Part shown: in pieces, positions 19,653 through 30,089 of the stretch
Layout of the letters: each line of letters starts with the position of its first letter
How positions within the stretch are numbered: the stretch's first letter is position 1
Notes under the pieces: model-generated
The model's database searches: none
What the model was told of the DNA's origin: nothing
Seen by the model: the letters and a program-made list of their open reading frames with translations, nothing else
Assembly: GCA_963666975.2 (NCBI GenBank)
Contig: CAXVYR010000004.1
Coordinates: forward strand, 160,001-224,000
DNA length: 64,000 nt
Origin: Terriglobia bacterium
GTDB taxonomy: Bacteria; Acidobacteriota; Terriglobia; 2-12-FULL-54-10
Direction of reading: 5' to 3'
Program-made: the position numbers and the translations under genes

Positions 19653-19796
19653 GCTGCGGAGACCTCAACTCCTCTATCTCTAGAGGAACCCTTCTGCAGG
19701 AAGCCCATTGGTGGTAGTATGAGTGGCTTGCTCGCACTCGTGCTGGCGCGTTGCCTGCAATATTATTCATCGAAAGACCCTCATGAAGGAGAGCCC

Positions 19797-20012
19797 ATGG
19801 CAGAATCGGTGACGGCACCCATGGTTGGGAAGGTGTTCGAAATTCAGTGTAAGGTCGGTGATAAGGTGGAAGAGAATCAGGTGCTTCTGATTCTGGAAGC
19901 CATGAAGATGGAGATCCCCGTGGTAGCCCCCGTGGCGGGCACAGTCAAAGAGATCAAGGTCGCGGTGGGAGCTACCGTGGAGTCAGATTCGGTCCTCGCC
20001 ATCCTGGAGTAA
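19797..20012 (+). CDS. Biotin carboxyl carrier protein (small, 71 aa)
   Basis: APMVGKV, LEAMKME biotinylation motif; RBS gaaggag. Confidence 0.92.
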   Translation: MAESVTAPMVGKVFEIQCKVGDKVEENQVLLILEAMKMEIPVVAPVAGTVKEIKVAVGATVESDSVLAILE

Positions 20013-20131
20013 TGCGATCCCTGGCGGAAGACGACAAGACCCAGGACGGCTGTAGCGCCACAGACAGGACGTCTCGTTAACACGACAACCGGAAAGAATG
20101 GATCGCCGTGCCACCCAGCAAGGAGAATGGG

Positions 20132-20266
20132 ATGAAGGTGCTTGTAAATCTGATCTACGACCCTGAGGACAAAGGCTGCGTGGCGGACGTGCCTCAATTG
20201 CCTGGTTGCATGTCCCAAGACAAAACGGTAGCGGCGGGGAGAATAATTTCATGCGCGTGCACTTAG
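20132..20266 (+). pseudogene. HicB-like antitoxin N-terminal remnant
   Basis: Own translation MKVLVNLIYDPEDKGCVADVPQLPGCMSQDKTV resembles HicB VPxLPGCxSQGxT; RBS aggag. Confidence 0.6.
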
Positions 20267-21840
20267 TCAATCCGAACCACTTGTCCTTTGGCGTAGCCGT
20301 GATTACGCCGCGGTGGCTTTTTGTCATTGCGGCTGCTACGCCGCGTTCCTTCGGAGACCCCGTGATTGTTGACGAATCGCTGGAGCAGATCGACTCCGCG
20401 CTGATTCAACCGGGCGACGTGGTGGGAATTGGGATCCACAGCGGCAATGCCCAGCGCGGCTACGAAGTCGGGCGGATCGCTCGCGAGCGCGGGGCCTATG
20501 TAATCTTCGGGGGAATTCATCCCAGCCTTTACCCGGAGGAAGCCTACGAGTTGGGAAGCGCGCATGCGGTGGTGAAGGGCGACGGAGACGTCATTTGGCC
20601 GAAGGTGGTGGCCGACTGCGCCAACGGGGGACCGCAGCGCTCCTATGAGGGGGGGCATATCGAGGCGGACCAGTTCCTGCCGGCGCGCTGGGATTTGTTG
20701 CGGCGCAATAGCTACATGTGGGCTTCGGTGCAGACCGTGCGCGGATGCCCCAAACACTGCTCGTTTTGTTCGGTGTGGCGCACGGACGGCCAACGCCCCC
20801 GCCAGCGCGCCTCGGATGCGATCATCCGGGAAATTGTCGAGCTGCGCCGCATGGGATTTTGCTTCATTGCTCTCGCGGACGACAACTTCTATCCGGTCAC
20901 GCTCGAAGACCTGAAGCTGGCCGAGCAACAGAATGATCACCATCGGCTGAGCGAGTTGCAGGCGATGCGCGAAGAGAGATTCGAATTCATGGCGCGCCTG
21001 GCCGAGCTACCCAAGGGCATGGTGTTCTTCACGCAAATCACTATGGAGGCGGCGGAAGACCCCGACTTCCTCGATGCCATGTGCAAGGCCCGGATCAAGG
21101 GAGCGCTGGTGGGGGTGGAATCGGTCACCCCGGAAGGGCTGAAGGCCGTCTTCAAGGAGTTCAACTCCGCGGGCGAGAGCCTGGTGCGCCGGCTCCGCAC
21201 TTTCCGGGAACACGGCGTGCACGTCTTGGGCTCCTTCATCTTCGGATTGCCCACCGACCGGCCGGACACTTTTGAGCTCACCGCGGCGCTGGCGGAGGAG
21301 GCCGGCATAGCGGTCGCGCAGTTCGTGCTGTTGACCCCGTTCCCGGGAACCGTGGATTTCCAGCGCTGGGAAAAGAAAATGGAGAACGATCCCACTCGGA
21401 TTGCAGGCGTTCCTCTGACCCGTTACTGGCTGATTCCGCAAGCTCTTCGACCGAAGATGTATATGTCTCATCCGGTGATGTCCGGCGATGAGATCCGCTG
21501 GCGCACCCAGGGGGTATGGGACAATTTTTATCGGTTGCCCTCGATCTGGAAGCGATCCAGTTTCCTCAAGTCTCTGCGCAGCCGGCTTGCCTTTACATTG
21601 CTTTCAAAACTCTACCGGCAGATGTACGCCAATACCGGAATCGCCACCGACAGCGCCCGGGTAAACCGCTCGGCTCAGTGGGCGCGGTGGCTGGCGAAAC
21701 CCTGCCAGCGATTGTTTCAGGCTGCGCCCATGCCGGAGTTACAAATACCGGAGGGGGCGTCGGAGAGGCCGGCCCGGTTGACCCAGCCTTTGATCGAGTT
21801 AGGCCAGTCGGCTGAACCAAGCCGGGAGTATCCAGCCTGA
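20251..21840 (+). CDS. B12-binding-domain radical SAM protein
   Basis: GGIHPS, AVVKGDGD, RGCPKHCSFC, DDNF, GSFIFGLP. Confidence 0.9.
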   Translation: MRVHLVNPNHLSFGVAVITPRWLFVIAAATPRSFGDPVIVDESLEQIDSALIQPGDVVGIGIHSGNAQRGYEVGRIARERGAYVIFGGIHPSLYPEEAYELGSAHAVVKGDGDVIWPKVVADCANGGPQRSYEGGHIEADQFLPARWDLLRRNSYMWASVQTVRGCPKHCSFCSVWRTDGQRPRQRASDAIIREIVELRRMGFCFIALADDNFYPVTLEDLKLAEQQNDHHRLSELQAMREERFEFMARLAELPKGMVFFTQITMEAAEDPDFLDAMCKARIKGALVGVESVTPEGLKAVFKEFNSAGESLVRRLRTFREHGVHVLGSFIFGLPTDRPDTFELTAALAEEAGIAVAQFVLLTPFPGTVDFQRWEKKMENDPTRIAGVPLTRYWLIPQALRPKMYMSHPVMSGDEIRWRTQGVWDNFYRLPSIWKRSSFLKSLRSRLAFTLLSKLYRQMYANTGIATDSARVNRSAQWARWLAKPCQRLFQAAPMPELQIPEGASERPARLTQPLIELGQSAEPSREYPA

Positions 21841-21921
21841 CGCTATAGCGCTGCGACACTAAAGAGCAGCGCCGATTCGAGAAGCGAATGGCCAAACGGT
21901 GGAGGGGGAAGGCAACCCAGA

Positions 21922-22893
21922 ATGGACACTCGCCCCAAGATCGGTTACCTCATCCCCACGCGCGATGCGGTCATGCGGGCTCCCAGTGGCCGTGCCGACA
22001 TTCACCGCATGGTGCAACTGGCAGTCCAAGCCGAACAGAAAGGGTTTGATTCTGTATGGATCGGCGACAGCATTCTGGCGCGGCCCCGCTTTGAAGCCCT
22101 GACCACCCTGGCCGCCATCGCGGCCCGCACCGAGCGCGTTCAGCTTGGGACGGCGGTTTATCTTTCCCCTCTGCGCCACCCCGTGGCTCTGGCTCATACA
22201 GCCGGAACGCTGGACTTGCTCTCCAGCGGGCGGTTTCTGTTCGGCATCGGCCTGGGACCGCCGACTCCGTCAGTCCAGGCGGAATACACAGCCTGCGGAG
22301 TCGATTTCCACAAGCGCGGCAAGCTCCAGGAAGAAGGCTTGCAGATCATGAAAGGCCTGTGGACCGGCCAGCCGTTCAGCTTCCAAGGAAAGCTCTTCTC
22401 GCTGCAAAACGCTACTCTGCACCCGCTGCCTGCCCGCGAGGGCGGCCCGCCGGTGTTGCTGGCCGCCGCTGCGGAACGCCCCCTGCGGCGCATCGCCCGG
22501 TTGGGAGATGGATGGCTGCCGATCAGCCCCACTCCGCGGGATGTCTCCGAGCAGTGGGAGCAGTTGCAAGGCTATTGCGCGGAAGCGGGCCGCGACCCTG
22601 CCGGCCTTCAGCGGATTCACTACATCACCTTGAACGTGAACCGGGATGTCCGGCGGGCGCAGCAGGAATGCGAAGCTTTCCTGCAGGCCTACTATGGCGG
22701 GAACCACGAGTGGATTTCCCGCACGCAAGCGATTCAGTTTGGCGAACCGGAGCGTTGCGCCGATTTCTTGCGCGGCTTCATCCAGGCAGGCGTCCGCCAC
22801 TTCGTGGTCCGGTTCGCCACCAGCGAGCAGGAATCGCAAATGGACCGCTTGTTGTCGGAAGTGGCGCCATCTCTTTCGGCGGCTGTCAGTTGA
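21922..22893 (+). CDS. LLM-class flavin-dependent oxidoreductase
   Basis: GFDSVWIGD, LAAIAARTERVQLGTAV, LSSGRFLFGIG, RIARLGDGW. Confidence 0.9.
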   Translation: MDTRPKIGYLIPTRDAVMRAPSGRADIHRMVQLAVQAEQKGFDSVWIGDSILARPRFEALTTLAAIAARTERVQLGTAVYLSPLRHPVALAHTAGTLDLLSSGRFLFGIGLGPPTPSVQAEYTACGVDFHKRGKLQEEGLQIMKGLWTGQPFSFQGKLFSLQNATLHPLPAREGGPPVLLAAAAERPLRRIARLGDGWLPISPTPRDVSEQWEQLQGYCAEAGRDPAGLQRIHYITLNVNRDVRRAQQECEAFLQAYYGGNHEWISRTQAIQFGEPERCADFLRGFIQAGVRHFVVRFATSEQESQMDRLLSEVAPSLSAAVS

Positions 22894-23004
22894 CAGCCTT
22901 CCGCGTTCCGGATAATAACTATAGTCCGTAGTTTGCCCTGATCCAGGCCGGGATTTTCCTTGGCTTAGATTTAATATTTGCGGCAATAGCGACAGGTAAA
23001 AATT

Positions 23005-24417
23005 ATGTTGGTGATGAAATTCGGCGGCACTTCTTTGGGCGATGCGCAATGCATTGCCAACGTGAAGGAGATTATCGCCCGCTCAGCTAGGGAAAACTCC
23101 CCCGTGGTGGTGGTGGTCTCGGCGATGAGCACGGTGACGGAAACGTTGCTCGAGACGGCCCGCTTGGCCTCTCAGGGTGAACAGAGCGCCGTAGAAGAAA
23201 AGTTGCAACACCTCGAACGCAAGCACTCTCAAGCGGTGGAAGCTCTTTTTTCCAAAGCCCATCGCCGGACGGTGCAGAAGACTGTCACCGATATTCTGGG
23301 CGAATTTGCAAAGCTCTGCGCCGGCATGGCGCTTGTGGGCGAGATGCCTCTGCGCGCTTTAGACGCCGGATTGTCGGTGGGCGAGAGGCTTTCCTCGACG
23401 CTGCTGGCGCGGCACCTCGAAACAAATGGAATTGCGGCTCAGGCGGTGGATACGTCACAGTGTCTGCTCACCGACGACAATTTTGGAAACGCCAAGCCGC
23501 TCCTGAAGCACACTCACGAGGCTATGCGCCGCGTCCTGCTTCCGCTGACGGAGAAAAAATGCATTCCCATTGTGACCGGTTTTCTCGGAGCAACCCGCGA
23601 GGGAATGCGGACTACGCTGGGCCGGGGCGGCTCCGACTACTCGGCGGCGATTATGGCCTCCTCGCTCGACGCCACCGAGTTATGGATATGGACCGATGTG
23701 GATGGCGTGCTGAGCGCCGATCCCAAGATGGTGGAACAGACCTTGATTGTGCAGGAACTCACTTACGAAGAAGCCGCAGAGCTTTCCTATTTCGGCGCCA
23801 AGGTCTTGCACCCCAAGACGCTGGCTCCTTTGCAATCCAGCCGTATTCCGGTCTACATCAAAAACACTTTCGCTCCGGAAAAGCCGGGCACGCGCATTGG
23901 GCCGTATCGCGAGGACAGCCCGCAGGGAGCCAAGGCGGTGACTTCCATGTCGCCGGTCGCCTTGCTCACGCTCCGCAGCAACGGCACGCCCGGAACCACG
24001 GAACTGCTGGCCCGCACCTTTGCGGCGCTGGCACACTCCCATGTTGAGATTTTGATGGTGACGCAATCATCTTATCAAGACAGCTTCTGCCTGCTGGTGC
24101 CGCAGTCGATGGCGGATATGGCCCAGGCCACCCTGGAGCACGCTTTTCGCCTGGAGTTGAGCCACCAGTACCTGGACCCGCTCGAACGGCAGGACGTGGC
24201 GGCCATCGCTCTGATCGGGGAAGGAATGAAAGGTACTCCAGGCATTGCCGCCCGCATGTTCGGCGTTCTGGCGCGGGAAAAGGTCAGCGTGATCGCCATC
24301 GCTCAAGGCTCCTCGGAATCGAACATCTCGCTCGTTGTATCACAGGAAGGACGCAGCACGGCGATCCGGGCCATCCACCAGGAGTTCATCGTTCCCGCCA
24401 CGGCACAGTCCGCATGA
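23005..24417 (+). CDS. lysC: Aspartate kinase with two ACT domains
   Basis: MKFGGTS, TLGRGGSDYSA, WTDVDG, FGAKVLHP, IAQGSSE. Confidence 0.93.
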   Translation: MLVMKFGGTSLGDAQCIANVKEIIARSARENSPVVVVVSAMSTVTETLLETARLASQGEQSAVEEKLQHLERKHSQAVEALFSKAHRRTVQKTVTDILGEFAKLCAGMALVGEMPLRALDAGLSVGERLSSTLLARHLETNGIAAQAVDTSQCLLTDDNFGNAKPLLKHTHEAMRRVLLPLTEKKCIPIVTGFLGATREGMRTTLGRGGSDYSAAIMASSLDATELWIWTDVDGVLSADPKMVEQTLIVQELTYEEAAELSYFGAKVLHPKTLAPLQSSRIPVYIKNTFAPEKPGTRIGPYREDSPQGAKAVTSMSPVALLTLRSNGTPGTTELLARTFAALAHSHVEILMVTQSSYQDSFCLLVPQSMADMAQATLEHAFRLELSHQYLDPLERQDVAAIALIGEGMKGTPGIAARMFGVLAREKVSVIAIAQGSSESNISLVVSQEGRSTAIRAIHQEFIVPATAQSA

Positions 24418-24431
24418 AGCTGCGAAAATTC

Positions 24432-25019
24432 CTACCTGCGGCACAGCCACTCGATCCGTTCCGGCCGGAAGCGATCCAGTTGCCCGGCGGCGCTCCTCGG
24501 CTTCAGCAGCGGCAGGAGCCCTCGCAGCATCTCTTCAGATTCTGAATCCAGATTGAGAACGAAAACATCCGCCTTTTCGGCATGGGAATAATCCGAGTAG
24601 CGCAGGCCCTTTCCCGCCAGACCGAGCAATCCTTCCCAAAAGCTCTGCCTCGCAAACAGGCGTTTGCGGGCGGCACTCTCTTGCGGCAGTTCCAAACTTT
24701 CTTGCCCCCGGCGGAAACGCACCAAAAAGCAGTTTTCGGGCTGAAAAACCTGCGCCGGGTCCGGACCGGGGAATTCTTGCAGGATGCACTCCACTTCTTC
24801 TTCGGGAACTTCCAATGCCTCCCAGCGGTATCGGTACTCGCCCGTCGATATGGTCCCGGCATGGAGTATTCGCCGAACGCGGGGCGTATCCTTCCCCAGA
24901 ACGGGCAGCATGACCTCGATCAGTTCCGGCAGGCTGAAATCCCGCTGCAGGACGTGCGAGACGCTGACGTACTCGGCGGCCTCGGAGAGAAGCTTGACTC
25001 GAATCTTGGAAGGTATCAT
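24432..25019 (-). CDS. Conserved hypothetical protein
   Basis: Coherent ~195 aa ORF immediately downstream of tyrS. Confidence 0.65.
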   Translation of the reverse strand: MIPSKIRVKLLSEAAEYVSVSHVLQRDFSLPELIEVMLPVLGKDTPRVRRILHAGTISTGEYRYRWEALEVPEEEVECILQEFPGPDPAQVFQPENCFLVRFRRGQESLELPQESAARKRLFARQSFWEGLLGLAGKGLRYSDYSHAEKADVFVLNLDSESEEMLRGLLPLLKPRSAAGQLDRFRPERIEWLCRR

Positions 25020-25054
25020 TGGAGGATTCTGAAAAAGCCGTGTTGCCAATCTTT

Positions 25055-26350
25055 CTAAGGTTCCAGGACCACCTTCAGGTGATGCCTACCAACCTTCAAT
25101 AGCAACTCACTCTTCCGACTGGTATCGAGGTCCAGGAGGAGATCCCGACACCGGTTGCCATTGACAGAGACGGCGCCCTCCTTGAGCTTGCGTGACGCCT
25201 CACTGACGGAACTCGCCAGTCCCACGGCGGCAAGAAGCCGGTCCAGCTTGATTGGACATAGCGTGCCTCGAATATACGCACCATCCGGCTTCGCCATCAC
25301 CTTCTTGATCGCAACTGTCTTTGTGTCGACCTCTTGCGGCTGCTCCCGCTGCCGAAAGACCCGGCTAAACTCCTCCTCCACCTGCCGCGCCTGCTGCGGA
25401 CCATGGAAGTCGGTGATGATCCGCCGGGCCAAATCCATCTTGGTGGCCATGGGATGGATCGCGCCGCTTGCCACCTTCCGGCGCAGCTCGGAAATTTCCG
25501 GGATGCTCAGATCCGTCAGCAGCTCGAAGTAGCGGTACATCAACTCATCGGAAATCGACATCACCTTGCCGAACATCTCCTGTGGCGGTTCGGTAAGCCC
25601 GATGGCATTTCCGAGCGACTTGCTCATCTTCTGAACCCCGTCGGTCCCCTCCAGGATCGGCAGCGTGATTACGGCCTGGGAGGGCTGGCCGTATTCCCGC
25701 TGCAGCTCGCGCCCCACCAGGAGGTTGAATTTTTGGTCGGTGCCTCCGATCTCCACGTCCGCCTTCAGTGCAACCGAGTCGTATCCTTGCATCAGGGGAT
25801 AGAGCAACTCGTGCATAAAAATCGGCACGCCTTTTTTGTAACGGCCTTCGAAATCGTCGCGTTCCAGGATGCGGGCTACGGTGTAGCGGGAACACAAGCG
25901 AAGCATATCTTCGCTGCTCAGGCCGGAAAGCCATTCCGTGTTGAACCGGACCTCGGTCTTGTCCGGGTCGAGCAGCTTGAAGACCTGCGACTTGTAAGTC
26001 TCCGCGTTGGCAGCGATCTGTTCGGGAGCCAGCGGCGGGCGAGTTGCGCTCCTCCCGCTCGGGTCGCCGATCAAGCCGGTGAAGTCCCCGATCAGAAAAA
26101 CTACGGCGTGGTCCAGCTCTTGAAAATGCTTTAGCTTGCGCAACACCAGGGTGTGGCCCAGATGGAGGTCCGGAGCCGTCGGGTCGCAGCCCAGCTTGAT
26201 CCGCAGCGGCGTTTTTGTCTCCCGCGAGCGAACGAGCTTCTGCCGCAGATCCTCCTCGCGAATGATCTCAACCGTGCCCCTGCTCAGGGTTTCCATCTGC
26301 TGTTCGAGCTGCTGGTCCGTGGAATCTTTGGGACGTTTTTGTGCGGCCAT
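25055..26350 (-). CDS. tyrS: Tyrosine--tRNA ligase
   Basis: [27 protein letters not shown]-terminal S4 domain. Confidence 0.97.
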   Translation of the reverse strand: MAAQKRPKDSTDQQLEQQMETLSRGTVEIIREEDLRQKLVRSRETKTPLRIKLGCDPTAPDLHLGHTLVLRKLKHFQELDHAVVFLIGDFTGLIGDPSGRSATRPPLAPEQIAANAETYKSQVFKLLDPDKTEVRFNTEWLSGLSSEDMLRLCSRYTVARILERDDFEGRYKKGVPIFMHELLYPLMQGYDSVALKADVEIGGTDQKFNLLVGRELQREYGQPSQAVITLPILEGTDGVQKMSKSLGNAIGLTEPPQEMFGKVMSISDELMYRYFELLTDLSIPEISELRRKVASGAIHPMATKMDLARRIITDFHGPQQARQVEEEFSRVFRQREQPQEVDTKTVAIKKVMAKPDGAYIRGTLCPIKLDRLLAAVGLASSVSEASRKLKEGAVSVNGNRCRDLLLDLDTSRKSELLLKVGRHHLKVVLEP

Positions 26351-26501
26351 CGCACGGGAATTATAACACCCGAAAGGACAGCCGCAGGCGGCCCTTCACT
26401 TCTCAAGGACCACAAAAAGAACATCTGCTCACTGAAACCGAGAGTTGGAAGGCAGCGTTTTGACTGGCCGGTTGGGTGGGAAGCGAGATTTCACCGAACC
26501 A

Positions 26502-27257
26502 CTAGTTGACCCACGGGCCACGGCGCCGCTCCTCGCGGTCCCGCTCGCGCGTGTAGACTTTAAACTGGCGCTGCCGGCGATGGCGCATCCAGCGGTAATA
26601 TTGATTGCGGAGGTCAAATAAGACAGAGGTTCTTCGCAGGTAGAAAAATCCAACCACCATTCCGCCCAGGTGCGCCACGTGGCTGATGGAGCCACCCTGA
26701 GCAGACACGGCGGAAAGAAAGGCGATGCCGCCCAGAATCATGACCAGATACTTGGCGGGCATGGGAATCAGAAAGAAGAAGAAAATCGGAACATAAATAA
26801 TCCGATTCGGAAACAGCAGCCCGTAGGCCAGCAGGATTCCGTATATGGCTCCGGAGGCACCTACGGTGGGAATTACAGACGAAGGGCTCAACAATACGAC
26901 GCACAACCCAGCCCCGATGCCGGTGAGGAAATAGTAACGGAGAAATTTCCGGCCGCCCCAGGTCCTTTCCAGCTCCCCGCCGAACATCCAGAGGGCGAAC
27001 ATATTTAACAGGATGTGCCAGAACCCTGCATGCAAGAACATGTAGGTAACCAGTTGCCACACAGCAAAACGGTGGACAACCGTGTAGGGGGTGAGCATCA
27101 GCAACTCGCGGATCATCTGGCCGAAGCCCCCCGCCCCAGCCAAAATCGTAAAGACAAAAGCGGCGACATTGGCAATGAGCAGCTTCTTCACGATGGGCGT
27201 CAACCCGCCGCCGAAGCTGAAACCGAGGTTAGGCCGATAGGAACGGTAATTCATCAT
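26502..27257 (-). CDS. Rhomboid family intramembrane serine protease
   Basis: YMFLH..HILLNM, GASG, AHLGG. Confidence 0.93.
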   Translation of the reverse strand: MMNYRSYRPNLGFSFGGGLTPIVKKLLIANVAAFVFTILAGAGGFGQMIRELLMLTPYTVVHRFAVWQLVTYMFLHAGFWHILLNMFALWMFGGELERTWGGRKFLRYYFLTGIGAGLCVVLLSPSSVIPTVGASGAIYGILLAYGLLFPNRIIYVPIFFFFLIPMPAKYLVMILGGIAFLSAVSAQGGSISHVAHLGGMVVGFFYLRRTSVLFDLRNQYYRWMRHRRQRQFKVYTRERDREERRRGPWVN

Positions 27258-27553
27258 TAACCACGCGAAAAGAATATGGCCGCTGCTGGGTGGCGTGATC
27301 GGAAGAAAGAAGCGCACCCGCCCACCTGCGACTGACTCCAGAATAAGAAATTTGAAGGGGAATGTCTAGGAAGTGTTTCCCGGGGCGACCGCCAAACATG
27401 TTCCGCGCCAACGGGGGTGTTGGCCGACCTGGTTCCTGCCGGGATAATTTCTAATGGTCGAGCCCAATGACTGGCCTGAGTGGAATATCCTTCGCAATTC
27501 CAATGGGGGAGCTGGGCCAAACGCCCCCCCAGTTCAACGGGCTCTATGCTGGG

Positions 27554-28513
27554 TTATTTCTGCGCCGGGCCTGCTGTATCCTCTGCCCGGAGCATCTCTC
27601 GGATGCCGCCCACCGAGCTTAGAATGCTACTGGCCTCGAAGGGAAGGAATATTTTGGTCGCCTGTCCGTCGGCAATCTTTTCGAGCGACTCCAGGTACTT
27701 CAGGGCAATGAGGTAGTTTGCGGGGCTGGACTCGCCGAGGGCTCCGCGAATGCGGTTGAGCGCCTCCGCTTCCGCCTGCGCGATTTTCAAGCGGGCTTCC
27801 GCCATACCTTCCGCTTCCAAGATGGTGGAGCGCTTCTCTCCCTCGGCCCTGGCAATAGCGGCCTCGCGTTCACCCTCTGCGTTCAACACGGCTGACTTTT
27901 TTGATCCCTCCGCCTCCGTGACCACGGCACGCCGTTCCCGCTCCGCCTTCATCTGCTTGGCCATAGCGTCTTGAATCTCTTTCGGTGGTTCGATGTTCTT
28001 CAGTTCCACGCGATTGACCTTGACTCCCCACTTGTCCGTAGCCTCATCGAGCACGTTGCGCAGCTTGGTGTTGACCGTCTCCCGGGAGGTGAGGGTTTCA
28101 TCCAGCGCCAACTCGCCCATCACGTTGCGCAGGGTAGTCACCATGAGCTGGTGTATGGCAGCGCCCAGATCCACGATTTCGTAAACAGCTTTCATCGGAT
28201 CGGTAATCTGGAAGTACACCACCGTATCCACTGCCATGGTGACGTTGTCCCGGGTAATCACGGACTGGGGCGGGAAGTCAATCACCCGTTCGCGCAGGTC
28301 CACAAAGTTCACCTGCCGGCCCAATAGCGTAAACGGCCGAACGCTGTCTATGTAGGGCCAGACGAAGTTGACCCCACTTTGGGCCATCATGTGGAACTTG
28401 CCCAGCCGCTCCACGACTTTTACAGTGGCTTGCTGAACGATTTGGATTCCTTTCGCGGCCGTGACAAGAACAAAGATCACGAGCCCGACGATAATCAATG
28501 TACCTAAGTCCAT
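27554..28513 (-). CDS. SPFH/stomatin-like (QmcA-type) protein
   Basis: VVERLGKF, QSVITRDN, WGVKVNRVE, QMKAERERRA. Confidence 0.93.
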   Translation of the reverse strand: MDLGTLIIVGLVIFVLVTAAKGIQIVQQATVKVVERLGKFHMMAQSGVNFVWPYIDSVRPFTLLGRQVNFVDLRERVIDFPPQSVITRDNVTMAVDTVVYFQITDPMKAVYEIVDLGAAIHQLMVTTLRNVMGELALDETLTSRETVNTKLRNVLDEATDKWGVKVNRVELKNIEPPKEIQDAMAKQMKAERERRAVVTEAEGSKKSAVLNAEGEREAAIARAEGEKRSTILEAEGMAEARLKIAQAEAEALNRIRGALGESSPANYLIALKYLESLEKIADGQATKIFLPFEASSILSSVGGIREMLRAEDTAGPAQK

Positions 28514-28523
28514 AAAACTCTCC

Positions 28524-29783
28524 TTAAACCGGTTTGACCCTGGCTTTGTTTCCGACGATCTCCAGAACTTGCACTTTAGCACCTTTGGCAATGTGCGTCT
28601 CGTCATCGCTGACAGCGGACCATACCTCGCCGCCGAGCTTCACCGAACCGGGCTGGAGACTTCCCTCAATGGCCTTGAGCACCATGCCGGTACGGCCTAG
28701 CAAGGCTTCGACGTTGGTGGGGACTCCTTGCGGGCTGCGCAACAGGAAACTCTTAAATATGGTGCGCGAGGAAATGAGCAGCAGAAACGAACTAGCGAGA
28801 AAGACGCCGATCTGAACGCTCCGTGGAACACCCAAGAAAGCCAGCAAGGAAGCCAGCAAAGCCCCCACTCCGAACCAGAGGAGAAAGAATCCGGGGAGCA
28901 ACATCTCGGCCAAACCCAGAACCAGACCCAGAATCACCCAAACCTGCCAGGCGCTGATTTGCCCCAGCCAGCCTCGTATGCCAGCGCGTTCTGCCGCCTG
29001 TGCGGCCTGCGCTCGACTCTCTTCCAGCAGCTCCAGGTTATAGGCTTGCAGCAGATCTTCCCGATCCTCGCGTTGAGCCGCAGCCAGTTTCAGCCGTAAC
29101 GCCTCCTGAGTGGTCAAAGTCAACAGCTTGCCCTTCTCCACCACTTCGGAGATCACCACATCTGCATCCACCATTGCTTCGGCCAGAGCGCCCGGATGCT
29201 CCCGACTCTCCGCCGTGGCCTTCATCTCCTTACGGAAATAACTGATCGCCTTTTCCCCTGCCGGCTCCGACCCCGTCCAAGTGACTCGCAAGGGCGCAGC
29301 CGCACCGATGGTGGCGCCTGGCGCCATCACGATTTCGTGGGTTGCCAGGGCTACCAGTGCCCCGGCGGAGATGGCGCGTCTGTTGATGAAAGCGATCGTG
29401 CGCAAGTTTGAATCCAAAAGAGCATCCCGTATTTCGACGGCCGCGCCCAGCTCACCTCCGAACGTATCAATCTCGATGACAACCACCTCGGCACCCGCGG
29501 CTGCCGCACGCTCAAGCCCCTGGAGAACGCGGCGAGCGAGCCGATTGTTAACAGGACCTTCCACGAGAATTAAATAGGCCTTTGTTGGCGGTGCTGGCTG
29601 GTCGGCGGCCGGTGATGTTTGTTGGGCAGCGTTTGCAGATACGTTCAAAGAAATAACACCCCACCCTGCTCCCAAACTTCGGGACGGGGCAAGCCCTCCA
29701 AGGCTGAGGGCAAGGCCGCAGGCGAACAGACCGAGTAGCAGTGCCCTCCGCAGGGGGGAAAGATGGGTCATCCAACTTTTCAT
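28524..29783 (-). CDS. NfeD family protein with N-terminal ClpP-like protease domain
   Basis: IDTFGG, AISAGA, IGAAAP, KGKLLTLT; C-terminal TM segments plus OB fold (GSVKLGGEVWSA). Confidence 0.88.
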   Translation of the reverse strand: MKSWMTHLSPLRRALLLGLFACGLALSLGGLAPSRSLGAGWGVISLNVSANAAQQTSPAADQPAPPTKAYLILVEGPVNNRLARRVLQGLERAAAAGAEVVVIEIDTFGGELGAAVEIRDALLDSNLRTIAFINRRAISAGALVALATHEIVMAPGATIGAAAPLRVTWTGSEPAGEKAISYFRKEMKATAESREHPGALAEAMVDADVVISEVVEKGKLLTLTTQEALRLKLAAAQREDREDLLQAYNLELLEESRAQAAQAAERAGIRGWLGQISAWQVWVILGLVLGLAEMLLPGFFLLWFGVGALLASLLAFLGVPRSVQIGVFLASSFLLLISSRTIFKSFLLRSPQGVPTNVEALLGRTGMVLKAIEGSLQPGSVKLGGEVWSAVSDDETHIAKGAKVQVLEIVGNKARVKPV

Positions 29784-30089
29784 TCCAATTATTCCTGTGC
29801 CGTTAGGAATTAGGGCCGGTATTTTCTAGGACGAAAGGAAGCGAATATGTATGACTCGCAAAGGATAACTCCAAGAAACCTGTCCTGTCAATTTCTAGCC
29901 TCTTAGGGAAGCCGAGTCCGTCCGCCCGTCGGTCCAATACGCTTCTACGGAAGGGATCGTCAAGGCAACTAACGACGCAGTAATTCTGGGATGTTGCTGA
30001 CACCTCTGGCGCGCAGAGGTTCTCCGCCAGCTTCGGGTAAGCTCCAGCTCCTGTAATGCGTGCCCTCCCTTCGTGCTAGGATATTTCCT

